Program-made: the position numbers and the translations under genes | Shown here: piece after piece, positions 1 through 9,302 of the stretch | Position numbering within the stretch: the stretch's first letter is position 1 | How the letters are laid out: each line of letters starts with the position of its first letter | The notes under the pieces: model-generated | Seen by the model: only the letters and a program-made list of their open reading frames with translations | The model's database searches: none | What the model was told of the DNA's origin: nothing | NCBI GenBank assembly: GCA_965203055.1 | Contig: OZ241863.1 | Span: forward strand, 2,720,001 to 2,784,000 | Origin: Spirochaetia bacterium | GTDB taxonomy: Bacteria > Spirochaetota > Spirochaetia > SZUA-6 > Bin103 | Reading direction: 5' to 3' | Length of the DNA: 64,000 nucleotides

Positions 1-788
1 TCCTTGACCGAAGGCACCGAACCGATGAGGAGCTGGGTATAGGGATGAAGGGGATCTTTGTAGATGTCCTCCGCCGGACTCACTTCGGCCACCTTGCCGG
101 CGTACATCACCGCCAGGCGGTCCACCAATTGAGCGAGGAGCCCCATGTCGTGTCCGATGATTACCAGAGACGCGCCCAGGCGTTCCTGCACCTTGATGAG
201 AGTCTGGGTAACGACGCGCTGGACCACGACGTCGAGAGCGCTGGTCGGCTCGTCGGCGATTATGACCTGGGGCTGGAGGACGATCGCCATGGCAATGCAG
301 ACCCGCTGCTTCATACCGCCCGAAAGCTCATGCGGGTACATGTTGTAGACGCGGGCCGGCAAGCCGACCATGCCCAGCAGTTCGACGATCCTCTCCTTCG
401 ACTCAGCGCGTCCCCCGGATCCGCCATGGGCGGTAACCGCGTCCGTAATCTGACTGCCTATCTTCACAACCGGGTTCAGGGAGTTCATCGACCCCTGGGG
501 AATCAACGAGATACGGCTCCAGCGCACCGCCCGCATCTCCTCGTCATCCAGTTGGAGCAGGTCGGCGCCGTCCAGGACGATGCGTCCCTGCTCGATCGAG
601 CCTGGCGGCTTGATCAGCCGCAACAGCGACATCGCCGTAGTCGACTTGCCGCAGCCCGACTCGCCGACGATGCCGAAACGCTCCCCCTTTCCTACTTCCA
701 GGTTGATGCCGTCCACCGCCTTGATCGGTCCAAGACCGGTCCAGTAATAGACCTTGAGATCCTCGATGCGGAGCGCATGCCCGTTCAT
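1..788 (-). CDS. Peptide/nickel-type ABC transporter ATP-binding subunit (DppD/OppD family), runs off the window start
   Basis: Manual minus-strand translation MNGHALRIEDLKVYY...GIVGESGCGKST (Walker A)...YPHELSGGMKQRV...IIADEPTSALD...HPYT; ATG overlaps the stop of the upstream permease (ATGA). Not in the ORF track because it has no stop in the window. Confidence 0.93.
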   Translation of the reverse strand, partial: MNGHALRIEDLKVYYWTGLGPIKAVDGINLEVGKGERFGIVGESGCGKSTTAMSLLRLIKPPGSIEQGRIVLDGADLLQLDDEEMRAVRWSRISLIPQGSMNSLNPVVKIGSQITDAVTAHGGSGGRAESKERIVELLGMVGLPARVYNMYPHELSGGMKQRVCIAMAIVLQPQVIIADEPTSALDVVVQRVVTQTLIKVQERLGASLVIIGHDMGLLAQLVDRLAVMYAGKVAEVSPAEDIYKDPLHPYTQLLIGSVPSVK

Positions 789-1666
789 GACTGCGTCCCC
801 CCCTTTCTGACCCTGGGGTTGTAGACCTCGTCGAGGCCGATGTTGATGAGCTGCAGGCCAACGAACACGAGAACGATGGCGATCATGGGCGGCAGCACCC
901 ACCAGAGTATGCCGCGGATCAACGCCCCCCGCCACATGGCCCAGTAGATCATGACGCCCAAGGTGGTGGTGTTCTGCGGCCCCAATCCGAGGATTTCGAG
1001 GAACACCTCGGCCAGGATGGCGCCGGACACCGCGTTGGCGAAGGTGGTTCCGACGTATGGCAGCATGTTGGGAAGGATCTCTCTGAAGACGATCTTCAGG
1101 TCGCTCATCCCGGACAGCTTGGCCATGTTGATGAACTCCCGCTTTCTCAGGCTGAGGACCTGGGAGCGGAAGGTCCGGGCCGGAAACGGCCAGGCGAATA
1201 CCGCCAGGATCAGGACCAGGGCCGGGATCGTCAGGAATCGCACGTAGGAAGAAAGCACGACGAGCAGCGGTATCGTCGGGATTACCAGAAATACGTCGGT
1301 GATGCTGCGCAGGGAATCATCGACGAATCCGCCTCGGTAGCCGCTGATGATGCCCACCGCCGAGCCGACGACGAGGCCGACCAGACCGGTAAAGAAACCG
1401 ATGATGAGCGACTGCCTTACGGAGTGGACCAGTTGGTCGAATATGTCCCTTCCAAGGGTATCGGTGCCCAGCAGGTTTTCGAAGGAGGGGGGAAGATCGG
1501 GCGCGTTCAATCCTATCGTCGCAACGTCGTACGGAGCCAGGAAGTCAGCGCTGGCGGCGATGATCACGAGCACGATTATGATGATGAAGCCGGACGACAG
1601 CTTGGAGTTGCGGAGGAAGACGAAGCCGACGGCGCGCTTGAGGGAAGAAGAGAGGGAGCCTGTCAA
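785..1666 (-). CDS. Peptide ABC transporter permease (DppC/OppC family)
   Basis: LLGTDTLGRDIF motif, EFINMAKLSG EAA-like loop, multiple TM segments. Confidence 0.93.
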   Translation of the reverse strand: MTGSLSSSLKRAVGFVFLRNSKLSSGFIIIIVLVIIAASADFLAPYDVATIGLNAPDLPPSFENLLGTDTLGRDIFDQLVHSVRQSLIIGFFTGLVGLVVGSAVGIISGYRGGFVDDSLRSITDVFLVIPTIPLLVVLSSYVRFLTIPALVLILAVFAWPFPARTFRSQVLSLRKREFINMAKLSGMSDLKIVFREILPNMLPYVGTTFANAVSGAILAEVFLEILGLGPQNTTTLGVMIYWAMWRGALIRGILWWVLPPMIAIVLVFVGLQLINIGLDEVYNPRVRKGGTQS

Positions 1667-1669
1667 CGG

Positions 1670-2677
1670 TCAATCGCCTCCATGGCTGATTCGTGGATCT
1701 ATGATCGGATACAACAGCTCGAGGATCAGGTTTGCGGTAAGGACGGCAAGGATGGTCAGCAGCAATATCCCCTGCAACAGGTTGTAGTCGAGGTTGCCGA
1801 TCGCCGACAGCAGCAGCGCCCCGATGCCGGGATAATTGAAGATGGTCTCCGTCAGGATCGAGCCGTTCATGACGAACCCGAGATATATCCCGAACGCCGC
1901 TGCCTGCGGCAGGAGGGCATTCCTCAGGGCGTACTTGAGCAGCACGACTTGTCGCTTCAGCCCTTTGGCCTCGGCCAGAAGGATGTAGTCTTCGCCGAGC
2001 GTGGTCAGGATCATCGACCTCATGGTGATGACCCAGAACCCTATTGACGCAATCACGATCGAGAGCGCGGGCAGCGTAGCGTGGTAGATGATGTCCCACA
2101 CCAGCCTGATGCCTTCGGGACGGCCGCCGATCAGCCTGAACCCGCCGGAGGAAGGGAAGATCGGTATGTTGTAGGCAAAGAAGAATACCAGGAGCATGGC
2201 CACGAAGTAGTAGGGAATCTGATTCAGACCCAGGCTCAACACGACGATTGCCGAGTTGGTCTTCGACTCCCGTCTCCAGCCTACCACCGCTCCGAGAAGG
2301 TTGCCGAGAATCCAGCTGATGACGGTCGCAACCAGGAGCAGCCCCATCGTCCAGGGGATGGCGGTAAACAACAGCTCCTGCACGGTGGTGGGAAACGCCA
2401 TGATCGAAGGTCCCAGGTCGCCCCGGAACAGACTCCAGAGGTACCGGACGTATTGTTCGAACCAGCTCCCGTTCAGGCCGAACTGCTCCTTGTATGCCTC
2501 GATGATCTCGGTTCCGCCGGAAACGATCTCGCCGTGCTGCGCCATCTGCGCCAGGAGCGCGGAGATCGGGTCACCGGGGATCAGTCGGGGAATGAAGAAA
2601 TTCGCGCTGATGGCGATGAAGACCGTCAACAGATACGCGACCAACCTCCTCCCGATATATCTCACGAGAACGGGCAT
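1670..2677 (-). CDS. Peptide ABC transporter permease (DppB/OppB family)
   Basis: PRLIPGDP, GDLGPS, EDYILLAEAKGL, ETIFNYPGIG, IDPRI motifs. Confidence 0.93.
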   Translation of the reverse strand: MPVLVRYIGRRLVAYLLTVFIAISANFFIPRLIPGDPISALLAQMAQHGEIVSGGTEIIEAYKEQFGLNGSWFEQYVRYLWSLFRGDLGPSIMAFPTTVQELLFTAIPWTMGLLLVATVISWILGNLLGAVVGWRRESKTNSAIVVLSLGLNQIPYYFVAMLLVFFFAYNIPIFPSSGGFRLIGGRPEGIRLVWDIIYHATLPALSIVIASIGFWVITMRSMILTTLGEDYILLAEAKGLKRQVVLLKYALRNALLPQAAAFGIYLGFVMNGSILTETIFNYPGIGALLLSAIGNLDYNLLQGILLLTILAVLTANLILELLYPIIDPRISHGGD

Positions 2678-2703
2678 TTCTCAGAGCGCTCCTTCTAGGG
2701 AAT

Positions 2704-2738
2704 CCTCTGCTCCAGGGAGGGTGTCCCTGGAGCAGAGG
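2704..2738. terminator. Perfect 15-bp stem-loop between the SBP and permease genes (mRNA-stabilising or partial terminator)
   Basis: cctctgctccaggga-gggtg-tccctggagcagagg, directly downstream of the SBP stop. Confidence 0.7.
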
Positions 2739-2765
2739 GGAATGAGACTGGCCAAACTACCGAGC

Positions 2766-4478
2766 TTATTGAGGCTCGACCTCCAGCAGCACGAAGAGGA
2801 AGTGAGGCCACCAATGGTTCGGGGTCATGTAGGGGTCGTCGGCGCTTGGGAAGCCCTTCCAATGGAGGGTATCGAAGGTGCTCGAGAAGTAGGTTTGCAG
2901 GGTGCCGATGACGGGCAGGTCGCGCAAGTAGATCTCCTGCGCCTGCTTGAGAATCACCTGCGCCCTGGGATCGTCCGGCAACAGCCCGGTCAGCTCGTCG
3001 ATCAACCGGTCGTACTCAGGGTCCGAGTAGCGGATCTGGTTCTGGTCGGCCGACTCGCCTTCCGGCATCGCATACTTGCTGTGGAAGCCTTCCAGCCAGG
3101 CGTAGGGATCCCAGGCATGACCCAGGCCCTGAGCGCAGGCCCAGGCAACGTTCATGTCGTAATTGTTGCGCCGCCAGGCTTCGCCATGCGGGGCCGGTTC
3201 CAGGACTTTCCACGATGCGTCTACCCCAATGGCCTTGAGATCTTCGCTGATGCTCTGCGCCATCTCGCGGTGACCGGACCACGGCGGAGAGATGATGACC
3301 CAGGAGAGACGGTCTCCTTCCGGGGTCACGTAGATTCCGTCCCGGCCCTTCTCGAATCCCAGCTTCTCGAACATCGCCACCGATCTCTTGGGGTCGTGCA
3401 ACTCGGTGTCGTACTTCTCCAGGATATCCTTCCACTCTTCGAGGTAGGGCGTGATCGTGCCGTAGTAGGGATACGGCAGCTTGGTACCCGTGGTGGTCCC
3501 TTCGAAGGCGGCGAAGTTCAGCTTGTTCTTGTTGATGGCATACGATATCGCCCAGCGCACTTCAGGGTTGTCGAGCGGCGGCCGCTGGATGTTGAACCAC
3601 AGCGCCCTGGTGCAGGGGTCGAGAGCGTTCCACAATACCACGTCCTCGTTGCGGCGCATGATGGTCTCGTACTGGGACTTGGTGAAGCCGGACCAGACGT
3701 CCATGCGGTGCTCGATCTGTTCGATCATCATCTTCTCGGCCGGCCCCGGACCGGTGACCAGCAGGAACTTCGCACCGGGGGATTTGCCCATCACGTCCTT
3801 GGCCCAATAGTCTTCCCGGCGTTCCCAGGTGACCGCCTCGGCGCTGGACTCCAGCAGCCGGTAGGGACCGGTCCACACCGGGTCGGGGAAGTTCTTGTAG
3901 GTGGTTGGATCCTCCTTCGACCAAATGTGTTCGGGGACGATCGGCGGCACCCACAGTCCGATCAGGAAGGTGTAGTGAGCTCTGGTATTGGGCTCCTTGA
4001 GGCGAATGAACACGGTGTGGGAATCTTCCGCCCGGATCTCACTCATCCACTCCCTTATCCACACCGACCAGCGCAGCGTGGGAGCATTCTCCTTCAACAT
4101 GTTGTAGGTGAAGACCACGTCGTCGGCGTTGAAGTCTTCGCCGTCGTTCCACTTGACACCCTCCCGCAACTTGATGGTGATGGTGTCGTGGTTGGGTCCA
4201 TACTCGAATTCGGTGCCGAGCCAGGGCACTATCTCTCCCTGGTAGAGGTTCATGTAGAACAGATTCTCCGCCGCCCACCAGTTTCCATTTTCGCCGCGGT
4301 GTCCGGCCAGGTATGGGTTGTAGAGCTCGGGTGCGCCAAACTTCCGTCCGGCTCTGACGATCAAGGTATCTTCCCGGGGCATCGTCTGGGCAAGTACCGG
4401 CTCCGCCGCGAGGATCAGAGTAAATACCGCCGCCAGAGATGACGCGAAAAGCCTCATTGACTTCGAGGTCAAGTTCAT
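2766..4478 (-). CDS. ABC substrate-binding protein, family 5 (DppA/OppA-like, possibly oligosaccharide-binding)
   Basis: Signal peptide; LREGVKWNDGEDFNADDVVFT family-5 signature; TGPY; NPEVRWAISYAIN; SD aaaggag upstream. Confidence 0.93.
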   Translation of the reverse strand: MNLTSKSMRLFASSLAAVFTLILAAEPVLAQTMPREDTLIVRAGRKFGAPELYNPYLAGHRGENGNWWAAENLFYMNLYQGEIVPWLGTEFEYGPNHDTITIKLREGVKWNDGEDFNADDVVFTYNMLKENAPTLRWSVWIREWMSEIRAEDSHTVFIRLKEPNTRAHYTFLIGLWVPPIVPEHIWSKEDPTTYKNFPDPVWTGPYRLLESSAEAVTWERREDYWAKDVMGKSPGAKFLLVTGPGPAEKMMIEQIEHRMDVWSGFTKSQYETIMRRNEDVVLWNALDPCTRALWFNIQRPPLDNPEVRWAISYAINKNKLNFAAFEGTTTGTKLPYPYYGTITPYLEEWKDILEKYDTELHDPKRSVAMFEKLGFEKGRDGIYVTPEGDRLSWVIISPPWSGHREMAQSISEDLKAIGVDASWKVLEPAPHGEAWRRNNYDMNVAWACAQGLGHAWDPYAWLEGFHSKYAMPEGESADQNQIRYSDPEYDRLIDELTGLLPDDPRAQVILKQAQEIYLRDLPVIGTLQTYFSSTFDTLHWKGFPSADDPYMTPNHWWPHFLFVLLEVEPQ

Positions 4479-4619
4479 TTCTCTCCTTTATTTCCTTTGA
4501 AGAGGTCGTACGAATCGATATCCGAGATAACGGATCCCTCCTGCAGTTGTCCTGTTCCTCCTGTCTAAGCCACTACCTCCCTTGTTTCAGATACCGACCG
4601 CAAGGTCAAACAGGACCCG

Positions 4620-4648
4620 TGTATAGCGTGTCGTTTCACCTCTGTCAA
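4620..4648 (-). promoter_or_regulatory. Sigma70-type promoter of the dpp-like operon
   Basis: TTGACA-N17-TATACA on the minus strand, about 140 nt upstream of the SBP start. Confidence 0.7.
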
Positions 4649-4964
4649 GACGCGGCGCGGCCGGCAACGGCCGGCAACCGGGCCGCCGGTCGAGGCGGCA
4701 TACGGGTATGAGGGGGCCGACCGTTGCCGCGGCCCCGGCGCAGCGCGTCTGCCGGGGCCGCGGATCGGCAGTCCGCGTCACCGGGCGGTCGCCGCCAGGC
4801 GCCGGCGCGCCGGGCCGGGCAACCCGGCGCGGCGCCAGGGTCGCGCCGCACGCGCTCCGTCACCACCGACGGATCCACGATCGCCCGCAGCTCGCCGCCG
4901 GCGCACCGATTCCGGAATGGTCTGCCGCCGAGCGGCGTTGGTCACGGCCGGGGCCGACAGGCCG

Positions 4965-5026
4965 CATTCACGCGATTACGTCAAGATGGCGTGAATGGAG
5001 GGCTTTTATTGAGGGTCATTCACGCC
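4965..5026. promoter_or_regulatory. Three CATTCACGC half-sites (operator-like)
   Basis: cattcacgc 4965-4973, gcgtgaatg 4989-4997, cattcacgc 5017-5025, in an AT-rich patch containing a minus-strand TTGACG (4979-4984). Confidence 0.5.
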
Positions 5027-5167
5027 CTTTCGCCGGTCCACTGCGGACCGGGGCCGCCGCCGGGGCGGGCCTCCCTTGTCGGCGCGGCAGGGAGGCGCGA
5101 GCCAATGCGGGCCGCGTCCCGGGCGCCGCCTGCGCCGCGGCGGTTGTGGGGTATGGTAGGGGCAGCG

Positions 5168-6058
5168 ATGGGAGACCCGGTGGCGTTGCGTGATTCTCGT
5201 GCCTTGCCGTTCCGGCAATCGACGATCCCGGCGGTCAACGTAGCCGCCGTTCCCCAACGCAGCCCGCTGCGGTATCCCGGCGGGAAGACGTGGCTGGTTC
5301 CTCATGTTCGCCACTGGCTGCGTGACCGCAGCACGGCGCTTCTGGTCGAGCCGTTCGCCGGCGGGGGCATCGTATCCTTGACCGCGGTGATGGAAGAACT
5401 GGCGGAACGGGCGCACATGGTGGATCTGGATCGCGACGTGGCCGCGTTCTGGCGCGCTGCCTTGGAGCGCAACGCCGAGCTGATCACGAAGATACGTCGT
5501 TTCGTTCCTGACCGGGAGAGCGTCGAGAAGCTGTCACGGCGCGCTCCGGGAGACTTGCTGGAACATGGGTTCCGTACGCTGGTGCTGAACCGCACGCGGC
5601 GCGGCGGCGTACTTGCGCCCGGGGCATCGCTGATCAGGCATGGAGAAAACGAGCAAGGGGTTTCTTCGCGCTGGTATCCGGCCACGCTGGAGAACCGCCT
5701 GCGCGCAATTGCGGCGTATGCGGGCCGATTGACCTTCCACGAAGGTGACGGCGTTCGCGTGTTGCAGGAGACCCTCGCCGAGCGCCGCGGGAAAGCGCGC
5801 TTCTTCGTCGATCCGCCATACACCGGGGCTGGCGGCAAGCGCGCCGGCTCACGCCTGTATGCGCACAACGAGGTAGATCATCAGCGCATCTTCAGCCTGT
5901 TGGCGGATAGCGGAGCCGATTTTCTGATGACCTACGATTGCAGCGACGAAATCGTCGATCTGGTAGGCAGGTTCGATTTCCACGCCGCGCTGGTCGAGAT
6001 GAAGACCGGTCATCACGCTCGCCTTGCCGAGCTGATCATCACCCGGGACCGGCTGTGA
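5168..6058 (+). CDS. DNA adenine methyltransferase (Dam/D12 family), orphan
   Basis: SPLRYPGGKTW, EPFAGGG (motif I), FVDPPY (motif IV). Start uncertain (5153 or 5168); the long N-terminal extension in the ORF track is probably spurious. Confidence 0.9.
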   Translation: MGDPVALRDSRALPFRQSTIPAVNVAAVPQRSPLRYPGGKTWLVPHVRHWLRDRSTALLVEPFAGGGIVSLTAVMEELAERAHMVDLDRDVAAFWRAALERNAELITKIRRFVPDRESVEKLSRRAPGDLLEHGFRTLVLNRTRRGGVLAPGASLIRHGENEQGVSSRWYPATLENRLRAIAAYAGRLTFHEGDGVRVLQETLAERRGKARFFVDPPYTGAGGKRAGSRLYAHNEVDHQRIFSLLADSGADFLMTYDCSDEIVDLVGRFDFHAALVEMKTGHHARLAELIITRDRL

Positions 6059-6093
6059 CTTCAGTGCGGGCCTAACACCGGCGCCCGCGCCGG

Positions 6094-6612
6094 TCAGCCG
6101 CCGAGGTGCTCCACCCGCACTTCTTCGAGCAGGATTCCCCAGGTCTTGCCGGGGTGATCGCGCAGGTCGTGCACCACCAGGTCGAAGGTCACCTGCGTGA
6201 CCCGGTCGGCGCGCACCCGGATGTCGGTCCGCGCCGGGGACAGCTCCAGCGGCACCTCCACGTGCCGGCCGCGCACCACGCCGCGCGCGGCCGAAGCCAG
6301 TACCTCGGCCGCGTCGTAGCGCCCGGCGGGCACCCACTGCCGGGTCAGCTCGACGGTCGCGCCGTCCTGGTAGCGCGTCAGATCGATCTCCTGCGGGTCC
6401 ACGGCGACCGCCAGCCAGCCGGCGTCGTTCCCGGCACCGCGGCGGTGCAGGCGCGCGCCGTCCACGGTGACGACCAGCGCGGTGAAGTCGTCGATCGCCT
6501 CGCGATGGTCGGTGATCAGCACGACCACCTCGCCGCTTTCCTCCTCGCCGGAGGCGGACGCCGGCGCCGGGGCGGCGCTCAGCAGACCCAGCAGCAAGGC
6601 GCCGGCCGCCAT
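6094..6612 (-). CDS. Secreted protein, DUF4382-like
   Basis: Signal peptide MAAGALLLGLLSAAPAPASA, then VVVLITDH...DFTALVVTVDGARLH...IDLTRY...PAGRYD, a pattern typical of DUF4382. Start may be 6660. Confidence 0.65.
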   Translation of the reverse strand: MAAGALLLGLLSAAPAPASASGEEESGEVVVLITDHREAIDDFTALVVTVDGARLHRRGAGNDAGWLAVAVDPQEIDLTRYQDGATVELTRQWVPAGRYDAAEVLASAARGVVRGRHVEVPLELSPARTDIRVRADRVTQVTFDLVVHDLRDHPGKTWGILLEEVRVEHLGG

Positions 6613-6641
6613 GGCGCACCGCCCGCGCCGGGCGCCCGCCC

Positions 6642-7844
6642 TCAGACGCACGCGTGCCATGGCCGCGTCGTGTGGCCGCGGCGGCGCTGCCACCGGTCGC
6701 CGCCGTATACCAGTACGCCATGCCGGGCAGCCGGGCTGCCGCGGGCGCAGAACCAGTCCAGCCCATCGTAGAGCGCGCCGCTGAGCGTGAGTCCCGCCTT
6801 CATCTCCACCGGCAGCAGGCGCGCGCCGTCGTCGATCACCAGATCGACTTCGTGACCGCTGCGGTCGCGCCAGAAATAGAGCGGCGAGCGGACGCCCCGG
6901 TGGGTGAACGCCTTGAGGTATTCGCCCACCACGAAGGTCTCGAATATCGCTCCGCGATTGGCGTGCAGCGCGAGCTGCTCGGGTTCCCGGATGCGCAGCA
7001 GGTTGCACAACAGGCCGGTGTCCAGAAAGTAGAGCTTGGGACTCTTGATCACGCGCTTGGCGAAGTTGCGGTGATGCGGCGGCAGCAGGTGCACCACGAA
7101 CAGCGCCTGCAGCACGGAGAGCCAGGCGCCGGCCGTGGTGTGCGAGACGCCGCAGTCGGAACCGAGCGATGACAGATTCAGAAGCTGCCCGCTGCGGCCC
7201 GCGCAGAGCAGCGCGAAGCGGCGGAAGGTGTCCAGGTCGCCCACGCCGCCAAGCTCGCGCACGTCGCGTTCCACGTAGGTAGTGTAGTAGGAACCGAGCC
7301 AGTCCGCGGCGTCGAGCCGGCGGTCGTGGATGCGCGGGAACAGCCCCTGGTAGAGGACGCCATGCAGATCGAGTCCGGCCGGCGCCGGCGGGTCGCCGGC
7401 AACCGGTTCATGCGGGCGCCATGGGTCGCCGCCCGGCGCCCCGGTCAGCTCCGACAAGCCGAGCGGCAGCAGCACGCACACCGCGGCCCGCCCGGCCAGC
7501 GTCTGGCTTACCGAGCGGGTGAGGGGGAGCTGCTGCGAGCCGGTAAGAACGTAACGGCCGGGTGTCGGGTCCTCGTCCACCAGTGCCTGGACGTAGGACA
7601 GGAGCTCCGGCGCCCGCTGCACTTCGTCCAGAATCACCCCCGAACGGTGCGCCGCCAGCAATCCGCGCGGGTCGTCCAGCGCATGATCCCTGGTGTCCGG
7701 CTCCTCCAGGTTCAGATAGGCATGGGCGGCGAACACCGACTTGGCGAGCGTCGTCTTGCCCGATTGACGCGGCCCGGTCAGAAACAGCGCCGGGAACTGG
7801 CCGGCCAACCGCCGCAGCCGGGCCTCGAGGGTGCGCCGAAACAT
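6642..7844 (-). CDS. AAA_14 ATPase with C-terminal DUF4143 (COG1373-type)
   Basis: LTGPRQSGKTT, ILDEVQRAP, VLTGS, KSPKLYFLDTGL, YFWRDRSGHEVD, PVEMK. Confidence 0.92.
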   Translation of the reverse strand: MFRRTLEARLRRLAGQFPALFLTGPRQSGKTTLAKSVFAAHAYLNLEEPDTRDHALDDPRGLLAAHRSGVILDEVQRAPELLSYVQALVDEDPTPGRYVLTGSQQLPLTRSVSQTLAGRAAVCVLLPLGLSELTGAPGGDPWRPHEPVAGDPPAPAGLDLHGVLYQGLFPRIHDRRLDAADWLGSYYTTYVERDVRELGGVGDLDTFRRFALLCAGRSGQLLNLSSLGSDCGVSHTTAGAWLSVLQALFVVHLLPPHHRNFAKRVIKSPKLYFLDTGLLCNLLRIREPEQLALHANRGAIFETFVVGEYLKAFTHRGVRSPLYFWRDRSGHEVDLVIDDGARLLPVEMKAGLTLSGALYDGLDWFCARGSPAARHGVLVYGGDRWQRRRGHTTRPWHACV

Positions 7845-7850
7845 GCGCTC

Positions 7851-7900
7851 AAGGTACCGCAGCGCAGCCTGAACGGCAAATTGAAAGCACCCCTTTCAAT
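7851..7900 (-). promoter_or_regulatory. Leaderless promoter with abutting palindrome for the ATPase at 6642-7844
   Basis: TTGCCG(7874-79)-N17-TACCTT(7851-56), 6 nt before the ATG; ATTGAAAG-N5-CTTTCAAT at 7880-7900. Confidence 0.6.
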
Positions 7901-8012
7901 CAGCCAACCGACTCCGGGCCGGTGGACGGCTGCGGCGCGCAGGGCGTGGATCCGGTTCGCCAAGCGACCGGTCCCGGCGAGCAGCGCTGCCGGCGTCCCG
8001 GACAGGTCGATT

Positions 8013-8288
8013 TCAAGCGCGCCGACGGAGCATGAAGACTACCGACTGCGCTTCGAGGAGGTTGCGCGGCCATTCGAGTCCACGCGCCCGAGCTTCCTCT
8101 ATCAACTGGTCGAGAAACCCCAACGCGTGCTCATACAGAGTCGCCTCGTCCGCATTATCGTGCGGCTTGGGGTGGTGCGTAAAATCGTATGCCGTCGCGA
8201 ACATTCTCACCCCGAACGGAGGGTAATGTTCGATCGAAATCCTTATGAGCAGGGCGGCGATCAGCCCCATGCGCCCTCCTGCTCCCAT
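8013..8288 (-). pseudogene. Protein fragment, possibly an N-terminal piece of an McrB-like GTPase
   Basis: Protein-like, lower-GC stretch (HYPPF...ADEATLYEHALGFLDQLIEEA...LEAQSVV) bounded by unrelated GC-rich DNA; family assignment from recollection only. Confidence 0.35.
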
Positions 8289-8349
8289 GAGATTCCTTAT
8301 TCACGCGGATTCGCAGATTCACCAGGGAATTGCCGTTCTCCTCGCCTGC

Positions 8350-9302
8350 CACTGCGGAAGCCGGCGCCGGTGCTGGACCCGGAGGCGCGGCGGGAGCTGG
8401 TGGAGCAGGCGTCCGGCAAGAGCAGCCGGGAGGTGATGCAGTTGCTGGCCGAGGTAGACCCGGAGCTGGCGGCGGCGGCGGATCGGGTGCGGCCTCTGGG
8501 CGGCGGGCGTTGGGAACTCAAGGCGGTGATCGACGATGAGTGCCGGCGCGGCTTGGAGCGGCTGAAGGGCCTCCTGTCCCACGTCGATCCGCACCTGACG
8601 ATGGGGCAGCTCATGGGGCGGCTGGTGCGGGAAGGGCTCGACCGTCACGACCCGGCCCGGCCGCCGCGCGGGCGGCGCGCGGCGCCGGCCAAAGGGGCCG
8701 AGCAAACTTCGGCGCCGAAGACGCAGGCGGCCTCGGCTCGCGGCGCCGCCTCGGCAGCGAAGCAAGAGGCCGGCGCGGACAGCGCCGCTCCTTCGGCGGC
8801 GAAGGTATCGGCTCAGGCGGCGGCGCAGCCGGGAGACGAAGCCGCTTCGCCGCTGCAGGCGAACCGCGGCCCGGACCGCCCGGACACTTCGGCGGTGAAA
8901 CCGGCAGTGAAACCGGCGGGCGACACCACTTCGGCGCCGAAGACGCGGCGCCCCGGCCGGCAGGCTGCACCGGCGGGCGCGGCGCGGGCTGCGCGGCCGG
9001 CGCGGACCGAAACTTCGGCAGCGAAGGCCGGCGGCGTGACCGGCCGCGCCATCCCGGCGGCGGTCAAGCGCGAGGTCTGGCGGCGCGACCGGGGCCGCTG
9101 CCGCTACGTGGACCGCACCAGCGGGCGCCGTTGCGGCTCCCAACACCTGCTGCAGATCGATCACGTCGTGCCGTATGCCCGCGGCGGCGCCGCCGAGCCG
9201 AACAATCTCCGCCTGCTGTGCGCCGCCCATCACCGCTACCGCCACGCCGGCGCCCGATTCGGGCGCCCCGGCGAGGATCGTCAGGCGCCCGTAGACCGGT
9301 GA
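8350..9302 (+). pseudogene. HNH endonuclease gene (DUF222-like long-N-terminus type), 5'-truncated
   Basis: C-terminal RAIPAAVKREVWRRDRGRC...C...LQIDHVVPYARGG..EPNNLRLLCAAHH. The upstream helical region begins abruptly at about 8350 with no clear start. Confidence 0.8.
8706..9026 (+). repeat. Array of seven 15-bp repeats (consensus ACTTCGGCGSCGAAG) inside the HNH gene
   Basis: Copies start at 8706, 8748, 8790, 8844, 8886, 8928, 9012; spacers 27, 27, 39, 27, 27, 69 nt. Confidence 0.75.

Noticed and set aside
2256..4442. Long antisense or alternative-frame ORFs (also 13685-15367, 24992-27307, 30098-32275, 53971-57198 and the 5' parts of 7326, 13960, 32089, 51734)
   Set aside because: Shadow ORFs expected in high-GC DNA; they overlap well-supported genes and have no motifs.
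8706..9026. Canonical CRISPR array
   Set aside because: Repeats are only 15 bp, degenerate and in frame within a CDS, and no cas genes are present; kept as a non-canonical array finding.
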